Assembly: GCF_020745735.1 (NCBI RefSeq)
Contig: NW_026867490.1
Coordinates: 496,001 to 560,000 of the forward strand
DNA length: 64,000 nucleotides
From: Hemiscyllium ocellatum
Taxonomy: Eukaryota
Direction of reading: 5' to 3'
Shown in pieces: positions 63,901 through 64,000 of the stretch (the first letter of the stretch is position 1; the number at the start of each line of letters is the position of its first letter). The notes beneath the pieces are model-generated. The model was not told the DNA's origin, searched no databases, and saw only the letters and a program-made list of their open reading frames with translations. Made by a program: the position numbers and the translations under genes.

Positions 63901-64000
63901 GTGCAAAACATTTACATTTTGTCTCAGTGTTGCACTTTCTCAGTCAGAAAATTAGATTCAAACAAACCCATCAATGAGTCGCTCTCCTTCAGCTAATGGT

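Noticed and set aside
1-64000. The many 60-130 aa ORFs in the track; CRISPR arrays; prokaryotic systems
   Set aside because: The short ORFs are antisense or off-frame readings of repeats, V relics or random sequence. There are no repeat-spacer arrays or operon-like gene density; the DNA is vertebrate.

Overview
Eukaryotic, AT-rich, repeat-dense draft-assembly DNA (two N-gaps) from a cartilaginous fish, most likely a shark (inferred from HE1-type SINEs, shark-type CR1/Penelope repeats, the expanded GPR139-like GPCR family and a NAR-type V). The window is part of a T-cell receptor alpha/delta V-segment array. I can read at least 7 TRAV/TRDV-like V segments, most with a recognisable 3' RSS (22-23 bp spacer where intact). 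All are disabled by frameshifts, stops or splice/RSS lesions. Six lie on the minus strand; one is inverted and split by a CR1 insertion. At 16.4-17.4 kb is a decayed NAR-type V (no CDR2 region) followed about 0.6 kb downstream by a J-like segment with a 12-RSS and splice donor, i.e. a probable NAR-TCR V-(D)-J cassette relic. Two GPR139/GPR142-like GPCR genes with open large exons sit among the V segments: one complete two-exon gene (57.5-59.9 kb, minus) and one whose first exon I could not locate (26.4-27.3 kb, plus). The rest is CR1, RTE and Rex/Babar LINE fragments, SINEs, a decayed Gmr1-type Gypsy element (integrase before RT), and several Penelope-derived elements carrying minimal hammerhead-ribozyme cores. 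All calls were made by eye without database searches; repeat boundaries are approximate.
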